Assembly: GCA_050250855.1 (NCBI GenBank)
Contig: JBFWNW010000003.1
Location: 158,022-222,021, forward strand
Source: Candidatus Babeliales bacterium
GTDB lineage: Bacteria; Babelota; Babeliae; Babelales; JACPOV01
Direction: 5' to 3'
DNA length: 64,000 bases
The first letter of the stretch is position 1; each line of letters begins with the position of its first letter. The notes under the pieces were generated by a model. That model was not told the DNA's origin. It ran no database searches and worked only from the letters and a program-made list of their open reading frames with translations. Positions 47,356 through 55,919 of this stretch are shown here, piece by piece. The translations under genes and the position numbers were made by a program.

Positions 47356-47490
47356 ATGTGTAGGAAAAATAGATATCGACTTACTGTATCGCTGCTTTCA
47401 GGATGTGCATTTCTTTTCGTTTTTGCTCTAACCTCTCACTATCCACCTAAGAAAAATTCCCTTAAACATAAGATTATATACTCTGCCTAA
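47356..47490 (+). CDS. Candidate 44-aa small membrane/secreted peptide
   Basis: Hand-translated MCRKNRYRLTVSLLSGCAFLFVFALTSHYPPKKNSLKHKIIYSA; AGGT upstream; follows the promoter; stop overlaps the stop of the convergent gene. Confidence 0.4.
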   Translation: MCRKNRYRLTVSLLSGCAFLFVFALTSHYPPKKNSLKHKIIYSA

Positions 47491-48764
47491 AGCACAGGCT
47501 CAAACCTAAAATCTAAGAGCTTTTTACAAATGTCATATCTATTCATCAGATCAAGCTGATCGTAAGCCCCTAGGTTAATCAGGGCGTAGCGAAAGCTATG
47601 ACCATCCTTTTTATGATCTTCAGAAAGCTTTTGGCCAACGTCACCAAAAATCTCTACATGCATATCAGGAAAAATAGTTTGCAACTGCTTGATAGATCCT
47701 TCACTTGGCAGTTTTGTAATAATATGATCTTCAAATAACCGCAATACAAAACTTGCTGCTATTTTAAACGCACCTGCTCGTTTTTTAATAATAGGCCTCT
47801 GCCCTAAAGATAACTCAATCATTATTTCATAGGTATTAAATCCATCTACCCGCTCAAAAAGATCAGCAAATTGAGAGCTAATGCGAGGATTAATTTCTAT
47901 AATCTTTATAGCCCCTGTTACTGGACTATACATGCATTCCACGTTAAAAAGAGTATTATTTAAACCCATATGCTTTATAACCCTTGCAACATCTTCTCCC
48001 ATACGTTGCTGCACATCAGGCTGCAATGATGAAGGATATTCAAAACGCATAAAACTGATAGTCTGAGGATAAAAATGAGAATCAACAATACCAAGAATTG
48101 TGACTTCATTATTATAAATAAAACCTTCTACGGTCGTTTGATAACCTTGCAAAAATTCTTCTGCTATACTATTGCACGCATCATACTCAAACAGTTCATA
48201 CTGTTTTAGAAAATAGTTAAATACTCCTAAAAAATGCACCTTGGAAGCCTGAGATATTTTTTCTGCAATCTCATGAGTAGCTCTAATGATGTGAGTACCA
48301 GCGCTAAAGGTTGATTTAACTGGTTTAATAATAAAAGGAAGAGGTATTGTATTATCAATAACAGTATTATTTTTGACTAATGAATAATAAGGAACAATAT
48401 CCTTGAGCACCTGCATTTGGTAGATACGCGCATAATATTTATGCTCACACAAAAGTATAGAAAGAAGAGATGTTCCATATATTTTGAGTTTTTCCCTCAA
48501 CACTGCACTCATAACATTTGCAGGATAATCATCGGTACTTACCAAACCATCAATGGCACCATTGGCATATTTAGCAACAATAACATCAAGTGCTTCCTGA
48601 GTTTTTTGCGCAATTACTTCTTGGCTTTGCGTAACATTGCATAAGGTAGATAACCAAGAAAGGCTCGTTTCTTCAAATATAATATCATATTGCTTAAACT
48701 GCGGCCTTGAAAGCTCTCGCCTATCTCGCTGAATGCCATTCAAAACCAAAATCTTTTTCTTCAT
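47487..48764 (-). CDS. ATP-grasp domain protein (amino-acid/peptide ligase-like)
   Basis: HKY..R, P.IIKP.....S.G, EEFL.G, FNVE......G..IIEINPR. Confidence 0.85.
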   Translation of the reverse strand: MKKKILVLNGIQRDRRELSRPQFKQYDIIFEETSLSWLSTLCNVTQSQEVIAQKTQEALDVIVAKYANGAIDGLVSTDDYPANVMSAVLREKLKIYGTSLLSILLCEHKYYARIYQMQVLKDIVPYYSLVKNNTVIDNTIPLPFIIKPVKSTFSAGTHIIRATHEIAEKISQASKVHFLGVFNYFLKQYELFEYDACNSIAEEFLQGYQTTVEGFIYNNEVTILGIVDSHFYPQTISFMRFEYPSSLQPDVQQRMGEDVARVIKHMGLNNTLFNVECMYSPVTGAIKIIEINPRISSQFADLFERVDGFNTYEIMIELSLGQRPIIKKRAGAFKIAASFVLRLFEDHIITKLPSEGSIKQLQTIFPDMHVEIFGDVGQKLSEDHKKDGHSFRYALINLGAYDQLDLMNRYDICKKLLDFRFEPVL

Positions 48765-48810
48765 ACCAACAAAGCCCCTTGTAGAAGGTTATACTCTTTG
48801 GCATTAAGCT

Positions 48811-50655
48811 TTATTCAACGGTAACAGATTTTGCAAGATTTCGTGGTTTATCAATAGGACATCCAAGTACATGTGCAATTTCATAGACAAAAAATTGCAT
48901 AAGTCCGGTCATGGCAAGAGGTGCTAGTAATGGATTTACTTTAGGAATAATAAAACTACAATCAGCAAGCTCTTGTAGTTGATCTTGGCCTTCAAAAACA
49001 AATGCTACCAAATGTGCCTTGCGAGCTTTAACTTCTTGTGCATTGGAAAGCACTTTCTGATAAATATACGGATCAAGATGAGAAAATAAAATAACAGGTG
49101 TCTCTGCATCTAAAAGCGCTATAGGACCATGCTTTAACTCTCCTGCAGGATAACACTGAGAGAAAATATAAGAGATTTCTTTTAACTTAAGTGCCGCCTC
49201 TAAAGCAAAAGGATAACTTATGTGGCGACCTAAAAAAATAAATCGTTTGAACTGTGCATAAAATGGTGCATACTCTTTAACTATTTTTTGTCGATACTTC
49301 TCAAGTGAATTTTCAAGCACTTCAGTCGCAATGGCAGCATCATCATACATCTTTTCCATGCCTGCTTGATCAATCAATGCTTTTTCTAAAGCTATATAAT
49401 GAGCAAACCAATACAGCGCTATCAACTGTGTTGAAAAAGCTTTTGTTGAAGCCACTGCAATCTCACGGCCAGCTTTTGTCAAAATATAACCAGACGCTTC
49501 ACGCACCATAGTACTTGAAGCTACATTCGTTATAGCTAGAACAAAATTGCCCTGCTCTTTTACCAAGCGTAAACATTCAAGCGTATCTAACGTTTCTCCT
49601 GATTGCGATATGCAAATCGTAAGATTTTTTTCCTCTTTAAAATAAGGCATATACCGAAACTCAGAAGCAAGCATAACGCGAGCAGGAATTTTGCATAATG
49701 ATTCAAAGAAAAATTGTGCTATGCGGCCAGCATGCCATGAAGTACCAGCAGCAACAATAGTAATAGATCTTAATTCTTGCAGCGACAGTTTACTTACGCC
49801 AAGCTGTCTAAAAATAGCATCAGCATCTAATGATCGCAACAAAGAAAGTGTTGATTGAATGCCATTCTTCTGTTCGTAAATTTCTTTAAGCATAAAATGT
49901 TTGTACCCATTTTTTCCATCATCAGACCACTGCATATCAAAGGGAACAATTTCTGGATTGAGTAAGGTACCATTAAAATCGTAGAGCTCTATATTATTTT
50001 TACCAACCAAAGCAAAACTTTGATCGGGCAAAAAAATAACATGTTGCGCAAACCCTGCAAATGCTAAGGGATCTGAGGCAACAAAGGTCTGATCATGAGC
50101 TATACCAATACAAAGCGGCGAACCTTTTCTGACTGCTATAAGCTGATCTGGCTTATCTTTAAACAAAGCAACAAAAGCATACGCGCCTTCTAAGTTTTTA
50201 ACGACACTTTTGATAGCGCTCAAAGCATCATTATCCTTAAATGCTTCCTCACAACTGTGAGCGAGAACTTCTGTATCTGTTAAAGAATGGAATACATGAC
50301 CTTTTTTGATCAAGGAAGCTCTTAATTCATGATGGTTTTCAATAATGCCGTTATGAACTAATGCTAACGTTTTTTTGCAATCAAAATGGGGATGAGCATT
50401 TTGCTCAGAAATTTCACCATGAGTAGCCCATCGAGTATGCCCGATACCTATAGAACCATCAATGGGAAAACTATTGAGTTTGTCGATAAGATTTTTTAGC
50501 TGGCCTTCAGCTTTTTGATAGGTTAGGGAGTGAGTTTTGTTATCGATACAGGCAAATCCTGCAGAATCGTAACCTCGATACTCTAAGCGCCCTAACCCCT
50601 CAATAATATACTGCCTACAATACTTGTTACCTATATAGCCAACAACTCCACACAT
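48811..50655 (-). CDS. glmS: Glutamine--fructose-6-phosphate aminotransferase
   Basis: MCG.VG, RLEYRGYDSAG, GHTRWATHG, SQSGET, VASTKAF, PRNLAKSVTVE. Confidence 0.98.
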   Translation of the reverse strand: MCGVVGYIGNKYCRQYIIEGLGRLEYRGYDSAGFACIDNKTHSLTYQKAEGQLKNLIDKLNSFPIDGSIGIGHTRWATHGEISEQNAHPHFDCKKTLALVHNGIIENHHELRASLIKKGHVFHSLTDTEVLAHSCEEAFKDNDALSAIKSVVKNLEGAYAFVALFKDKPDQLIAVRKGSPLCIGIAHDQTFVASDPLAFAGFAQHVIFLPDQSFALVGKNNIELYDFNGTLLNPEIVPFDMQWSDDGKNGYKHFMLKEIYEQKNGIQSTLSLLRSLDADAIFRQLGVSKLSLQELRSITIVAAGTSWHAGRIAQFFFESLCKIPARVMLASEFRYMPYFKEEKNLTICISQSGETLDTLECLRLVKEQGNFVLAITNVASSTMVREASGYILTKAGREIAVASTKAFSTQLIALYWFAHYIALEKALIDQAGMEKMYDDAAIATEVLENSLEKYRQKIVKEYAPFYAQFKRFIFLGRHISYPFALEAALKLKEISYIFSQCYPAGELKHGPIALLDAETPVILFSHLDPYIYQKVLSNAQEVKARKAHLVAFVFEGQDQLQELADCSFIIPKVNPLLAPLAMTGLMQFFVYEIAHVLGCPIDKPRNLAKSVTVE

Positions 50656-50701
50656 AGGACAAACATCCTTTTTTTTTGCTTCACGGTATGTAGGAACACT
50701 A

Positions 50702-51139
50702 TTAACGTTTTACAAACTGGAACTTACGGCGAGCTGCTTTTTGTCCATATTTTTTACGTTCTTTTTGACGAGAATCAATAGTCAAAAGACCATGTTCACG
50801 CAAAGTGGGACGCAAATCTTCATCTACAGCAAGAAGTGCGCGAGCAATGCCAACTTTAAGAGCTCCTGATTGACCTTTAAGACCGCCACCCTGAATGATG
50901 GCTTCTACATCAAAGTTCATGGCTGCAGGAATAACCTGAAAAGGCTTCGCGGCCTCTAGGCGTGCTGTTTCTGTGTCAAAATATGTTTGGTAGTCACGAT
51001 TGTTAATCTTTATTGAACCAGTTCCCTTACGGAGCCAGACGCGTGCCACAGACTTTTTGCGGCGACCAACACCTTCAGCCAACGGAGAACCCTTTTTTAC
51101 AGGAGTAGCTTTGGTTTTTGCTGCTTTTTGCTTTACCAT
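50702..51139 (-). CDS. rpsI: 30S ribosomal protein S9
   Basis: GRRK.SVARV, GGG..GQ..A, ERKKYG...AR..FQF.KR. Confidence 0.97.
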   Translation of the reverse strand: MVKQKAAKTKATPVKKGSPLAEGVGRRKKSVARVWLRKGTGSIKINNRDYQTYFDTETARLEAAKPFQVIPAAMNFDVEAIIQGGGLKGQSGALKVGIARALLAVDEDLRPTLREHGLLTIDSRQKERKKYGQKAARRKFQFVKR

Positions 51140-51276
51140 AACAGTTATGAATCCTTCATCAAAATACGCTTTGAAAATTTAATAAATACCCTATGATAGT
51201 AACAAATTTCAAGAAAAAGTCAAAACTGGAGCCAATGATCAATAGAGAGATTGACCCCCAGGTTATTTACCTTTTT

Positions 51277-51642
51277 TTAAAATTCTTGTTTTTGGTCCTC
51301 AAAGAGCTCCTGGCACACCAAACATCTGGTAGCATTGGGATACGATTTGAGTCTTTTTTCAGAAATAGGCTGCTCACAATCTATGCACAGACCGTAAGAA
51401 CCTTCCTCAAGCATTTTAAGCGCCTGCCTAATCATGCTGTATTCTTCCAGTTCTGTATCCTGTAAGGATATATCCAGTGTTTCTTGAGAAAGCAATTGCG
51501 CTAAATCACCCGGATCTTGTACTTGCCCTGGATTCTCTTTATTCTTATACAAATCAACAAGGAGCCTTTCTAGCTCACTTTTACGTTCAAGCAACTTTTT
51601 TTTAATAGCTTCCAACTCACTATTTTTTCTTGCCTCAGTCAC
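51277..51642 (-). CDS. dksA: DksA/TraR family C4 zinc-finger protein
   Basis: Coiled coil with DPGD tip; YGLCIDC..I...RL...P.A.RC..CQ. Confidence 0.85.
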   Translation of the reverse strand: MTEARKNSELEAIKKKLLERKSELERLLVDLYKNKENPGQVQDPGDLAQLLSQETLDISLQDTELEEYSMIRQALKMLEEGSYGLCIDCEQPISEKRLKSYPNATRCLVCQELFEDQKQEF

Positions 51643-52105
51643 GATTCTTCCTTTTTTGTTTAAAAAAATTTTTCAATAAGTAAGCAGATTGTTCTGCCAA
51701 TAATCCTTCTTGAACATCAATATCTTTTTTATATAGCGAAGATTGCCCCTCTTTGTCAAGCTGGTACCCAAAAAGCTTTGACCGCGCTCCATATACGACA
51801 CGACTTATCCTGCTTAGTTGGATCAGCCCCATGCACATCTTGCATGGTTCAAGTGTCACATACAAGGTGCAACCATTCAAACGCCAATCGCCAAGTTTTT
51901 TACCTGCTTGATTAAGAGCAATCACCTCAGCATGATAGCTTTGTTGATGATATTTTTCAACTTTATTGTAGCCTCGACCAATAATGGTGCCGTCTGGTCC
52001 AACCACAAGAGCTCCTACAGGAACCTCTTTCCGTTCAAAAGCTTTTTGAGCAAGCTTAAGGGCTCGTCGCATATGCTGTTCATCATAAGTACTGAATATA
52101 ATCAT
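51635..52105 (-). CDS. tadA: tRNA adenosine deaminase
   Basis: EVPVGA, HAE, WRL...LYVTLEPC.MC. Confidence 0.93.
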   Translation of the reverse strand: MIIFSTYDEQHMRRALKLAQKAFERKEVPVGALVVGPDGTIIGRGYNKVEKYHQQSYHAEVIALNQAGKKLGDWRLNGCTLYVTLEPCKMCMGLIQLSRISRVVYGARSKLFGYQLDKEGQSSLYKKDIDVQEGLLAEQSAYLLKNFFKQKRKNRD

Positions 52106-53171
52106 AACCTTTTTTAGTCACCGCTATGTGTTCATCTTTTAATTCTAAGAAACCTTCTTTCAAAGCTCCTTCTATCGTAGCTTTAACGTCACATTTTTTC
52201 CAGTTAAATGTTGCTGCTACGGCATGCATATATTCTTGATAGGTTAAAAACTCATTATCTTTAGCGTATAAACAAACAAGCTTTGTGCTTCCCTGTATTT
52301 TTTCTTTGTGCGTTAACCTACATCCTGCAAAAATTTTACGTTTGGCACCAAGAACTGTACCAAAAAAAATAATACCTGTCACGGTCGCAATAGTACCAGC
52401 TATTGAAACATCATAATAATATGCAATACTACAACCCAAAAAGGATGATATGACACTTACTAAAAGACTTATTTGTACCATTTCATTAATACTCTTGGCA
52501 ATCATATATGCTGTTGCTGCGGGCGTAACCATCAGTGCTACCACTACCAATGAGCCGACACAATCGAAAGCAACTACGGCGGTAATACTTGTCATCGTCA
52601 TAAGACCATAATACACCAACAAAGGTGAAAATCCTGCAACAGCAGCAAATTCTTGATCAAATGAAATACAAACAAGTTCTTTATACACAAGCCATATAAA
52701 AAATGAGTTCAAGCACACCAAAATTCCTAAGCTCCACAAGGCAAAAGGGCCACAATCATAACCTGCAACAACCAATCTATTAAACGGCGCAAACGCGATT
52801 TCTCCTAATAAAATCATATCCATATCCAAATGCACATTGCGCGCATAACGACTAATTAAAATAACACCCAATGAAAAAAAAAGAGGAAACACTATGCCAA
52901 TAGCGGCATCTTTTTTTAATGATCGCCACGATATTATGGTTTCTGTACACGCTACCGTCAATAATCCTGCAAGCGTAGCCCCCACCATAAGCAATGGTGA
53001 ATCAAGGCGCTGTACCACTAAAAACATAATCGCTATTCCTAAAAGAATTGCATGACTTATTGCATCACTCATTAAGGCAATGCCTCTTAAAACCAAAAAA
53101 ATACCAGGCAACGCGCATGCCACAGACGTCAAACAAGCAATAAAAAAAATAGTAGTCATTACACTATCCAT
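52083..53171 (-). CDS. Metal (Mn/Zn/Fe) ABC permease TroD/MntD-like, with C-terminal soluble extension
   Basis: DAISHA.L.G, LLGEIAFAPF, VG..VVA.M..P.ATA; start probably at 53171, just after the upstream stop. Confidence 0.88.
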   Translation of the reverse strand: MDSVMTTIFFIACLTSVACALPGIFLVLRGIALMSDAISHAILLGIAIMFLVVQRLDSPLLMVGATLAGLLTVACTETIISWRSLKKDAAIGIVFPLFFSLGVILISRYARNVHLDMDMILLGEIAFAPFNRLVVAGYDCGPFALWSLGILVCLNSFFIWLVYKELVCISFDQEFAAVAGFSPLLVYYGLMTMTSITAVVAFDCVGSLVVVALMVTPAATAYMIAKSINEMVQISLLVSVISSFLGCSIAYYYDVSIAGTIATVTGIIFFGTVLGAKRKIFAGCRLTHKEKIQGSTKLVCLYAKDNEFLTYQEYMHAVAATFNWKKCDVKATIEGALKEGFLELKDEHIAVTKKGYDYIQYL

Positions 53172-53172
53172 A

Positions 53173-54045
53173 TTACCTACGCTTTGCATAGTAGCACCAT
53201 ACAATACCTCTTTGTGGCGCTATTATTAAGGAAATAAAAACAATAATACTCATAACAACAACAATACTCGGCCCGGTTGGCACATGATCGAAGGCGCTGC
53301 TTATATACGCGCCACACAATGCAGAGCATGCACCAAAAAAAGCAGCTAAAAAAATCATACTGCTGAGCCGTGATGTCCATTGCCGTGCGGCAGCTGCTGG
53401 TGCTACAAAAAGCGTGCTCATTAAAACAACACCAACTGTTTGCAAGCCTATTACCATAGAAAGAACCAAAAGCAAAGTAAGCAATACGTCAAGCTTATGC
53501 ACAGAATAACCAAGAGAAACAGCATAATCTGGATCAAATGATAAAAGTTTAAACTCTTTCCAAAACAGTACTACACTCACCAATACAATTACACTCACCA
53601 GCGCCATGCATATAATATCATCAGGCAAAAGCGTTGAAGCATTGCCAAATAAAAACTTGTTAAGCACCGACTGATGCGCAAGATGATTTTTTTGAATCAA
53701 AGTCAGCAACACTAAGCCAAACCCAAAAAAGACTGACAAAATTATTCCTAATGCCGCATCTTTTTTAACAATAGTCATAGACGTAATTGCCGAAACACAC
53801 AAAGCACCCAGTATAGCTGCTAATGAGCCACCAAACAGTAAAACATAAGGGCTTTTATGCTGCGTTATTAAAAACATGATCATTATACCTGGCAAGCATG
53901 CATGAGAAATTGCATCAGCCAAAAGACTTTGTTTGCGTAAAAAAGCAAAACATCCTAAAATTCCTGCTGTTATACCAACAATCAAAGATCCCATAAGAAC
54001 TATTTGGACCGTATAATCTTGGCACATGTTCATAAAAAAATTCAC
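53173..54045 (-). CDS. Metal ABC permease TroC/MntC-like
   Basis: LRKQSLL.DAISHA.LPG, FLFG, GLQTVGVVLM...PAAAARQW. Confidence 0.9.
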   Translation of the reverse strand: MNFFMNMCQDYTVQIVLMGSLIVGITAGILGCFAFLRKQSLLADAISHACLPGIMIMFLITQHKSPYVLLFGGSLAAILGALCVSAITSMTIVKKDAALGIILSVFFGFGLVLLTLIQKNHLAHQSVLNKFLFGNASTLLPDDIICMALVSVIVLVSVVLFWKEFKLLSFDPDYAVSLGYSVHKLDVLLTLLLVLSMVIGLQTVGVVLMSTLFVAPAAAARQWTSRLSSMIFLAAFFGACSALCGAYISSAFDHVPTGPSIVVVMSIIVFISLIIAPQRGIVWCYYAKRR

Positions 54046-54047
54046 AG

Positions 54048-54806
54048 TTACACGTTATAGGTAAAGAGGGTACGATTTCCATATGCTGCACACATATACT
54101 CTGGCACTAAAACTTCATGAACAGGTCCATACGCCACACACTTTTTATTTAACAACAATAACCAATCAAAATATTCTGCTAATGTTTGTAAATCGTGATG
54201 AACCACAACAATCGTTTTTCCTTGATCACGTAACTCCTTGAGCAGCGTAATAATAATTTTTTCAGTTGCCATATCAACACCACTAAACGGCTCATCAAGA
54301 ATATACAGAGTAGCATCTTGCGCTAAGGCGCGCGCTAAAAAAACACGTTGCTGCTGTCCGCCAGAAAGTTTTCCAATTGGTCGATTGATATAATCAAGCA
54401 TATGAACTTTTTCAAGAGCTTGATGTGCTTTTTGAATATCTTCTTTTCCTGGCCGCTTAAACCACCCAATATGTCTATAACGCCCCATCAAAACAACATC
54501 TAAAACTGTTATAGGAAAATCCCAATCAACCGTTGTACGCTGCGGTACGTAGGCAATAAGATGCTGCATTGCATGGTATGACTTCTCAAATAAAAAAATA
54601 GAACCTGCCATTGGCTTTACCAAATGCAATATTGTTTTTAAAAATGTTGTTTTACCTGCACCATTAGGCCCTATTATGCCCAAAAAAATTCCTTGCTGTA
54701 TGGTTAATGAAATATCCCACAACACCGGTTCTTCTTGGTACATAACCGTTACATGATTCACGCTAATAGCAGGCACGCTATGTGCACTCGTTAAAACAGC
54801 CATCAT
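54048..54806 (-). CDS. Metal ABC transporter ATPase TroB/MntB-like
   Basis: GPNGAGKT, YVPQR..VDWDFP, LSGGQQQR, LDEPF, VHHDL. Confidence 0.93.
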   Translation of the reverse strand: MMAVLTSAHSVPAISVNHVTVMYQEEPVLWDISLTIQQGIFLGIIGPNGAGKTTFLKTILHLVKPMAGSIFLFEKSYHAMQHLIAYVPQRTTVDWDFPITVLDVVLMGRYRHIGWFKRPGKEDIQKAHQALEKVHMLDYINRPIGKLSGGQQQRVFLARALAQDATLYILDEPFSGVDMATEKIIITLLKELRDQGKTIVVVHHDLQTLAEYFDWLLLLNKKCVAYGPVHEVLVPEYMCAAYGNRTLFTYNV

Positions 54807-55759
54807 CCTCTTCCTGATAAAGCAGCAACTATTGTCTCGACATTATGTCGCATCATAGTATCATACGTAGCCGCATCAGAGCCTTCTGCTCCTAAGGCAT
54901 CTGAATACAACTCTTGGCCCAACTGCACAGAACTTCCGCGCGCTTGCACTGCTTTTTGCACTGCTTGAATATTGCGCTCTGGCAAAGAAGATTCAATAAA
55001 AATAGCACGCACTGAATGTGTCGCAATAAAATCTGCAAGGTCACGAATATCTTTTATGCTAATTTCTGAGTCAGTGCTAATACCTTGCAAACCCACCACC
55101 TGCAATCCATATGCTTTGCCAAAATAATGAAATGCATCATGTGCAGTAACCAAAATTCGGTGGCCAGGTGGCAATCGATCTATAGTTTTTTTTATATGTA
55201 CATCAAGCTCTTGCAAGAGGTGTTTGTATCCTGCTGCATGCCGTTCATAATAGGCAGCATTCCGTAGATCTTCTTGCGCAAGAACCTGTGCAATATACTC
55301 AACAATAGCAACCCATAAAGAAACATCATGCCAAATATGCGGATCATAAACTCCTTCGATGCCAACTTCAAGCAACTTATTTTTAGGAATAGCATCGGCA
55401 ACAGCCTCTGTCCTTTTACTGCTCTTTAACGATGCAAAAAGATCGCCCATTTTTCCTTCAAGATGAAGACCATTGTAAAAAATAATATCTGCTTTTTGCA
55501 ACTTTTGAACGTCACCAGCCCTCGCTTTGTATAGATGAGGATCAACGCCCGGGCCCATAAGTGCATGGACTTCAACAAGATCACCCGCTACATTATGCAC
55601 GGCATCAGCTATCATACTTGTTGTACAAACAATATATAATTTTTTTGTTTGAGCATCCTGAACAACATGATTACTCGTGCTATACCGAACAAGAATGTAA
55701 AAAAGAATGCCAGTCGCTAGCACCAATAACCCTTTAAAAGCCTTCATATTCCTCCACAA
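54803..55759 (-). CDS. Metal ABC substrate-binding protein TroA/MntA-like
   Basis: GPGVDPHLY, NGLHLEG, DPHIW, TAHDAF.YFG, SDALG. Confidence 0.93.
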   Translation of the reverse strand: MWRNMKAFKGLLVLATGILFYILVRYSTSNHVVQDAQTKKLYIVCTTSMIADAVHNVAGDLVEVHALMGPGVDPHLYKARAGDVQKLQKADIIFYNGLHLEGKMGDLFASLKSSKRTEAVADAIPKNKLLEVGIEGVYDPHIWHDVSLWVAIVEYIAQVLAQEDLRNAAYYERHAAGYKHLLQELDVHIKKTIDRLPPGHRILVTAHDAFHYFGKAYGLQVVGLQGISTDSEISIKDIRDLADFIATHSVRAIFIESSLPERNIQAVQKAVQARGSSVQLGQELYSDALGAEGSDAATYDTMMRHNVETIVAALSGRG

Positions 55760-55919
55760 TCACTAACCAATATGGTGTTATCATGAATTAATCGCCACAA
55801 TCGATATTCAGTTTGTAAAAATATTTCTTTTGTTTTATACTTTGTAGTAAATATTAGTATAGTTTTGCAAAAAGATTTATCCATCTAAAAATATAACGTT
55901 TTTCTCCCAATTAGGAGAT

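Noticed and set aside
50656..50701. glmS ribozyme or RapZ-dependent sRNA control of glmS
   Set aside because: The gap upstream of glmS is only 46 nt; no GlmY/GlmZ-like RNA is recognisable; rapZ is more than 5 kb away in another unit
51193..51465. 90-aa + strand ORF as a possible rplM replacement
   Set aside because: It is on the wrong strand, has no L13 motifs and overlaps the dksA-like gene antisense
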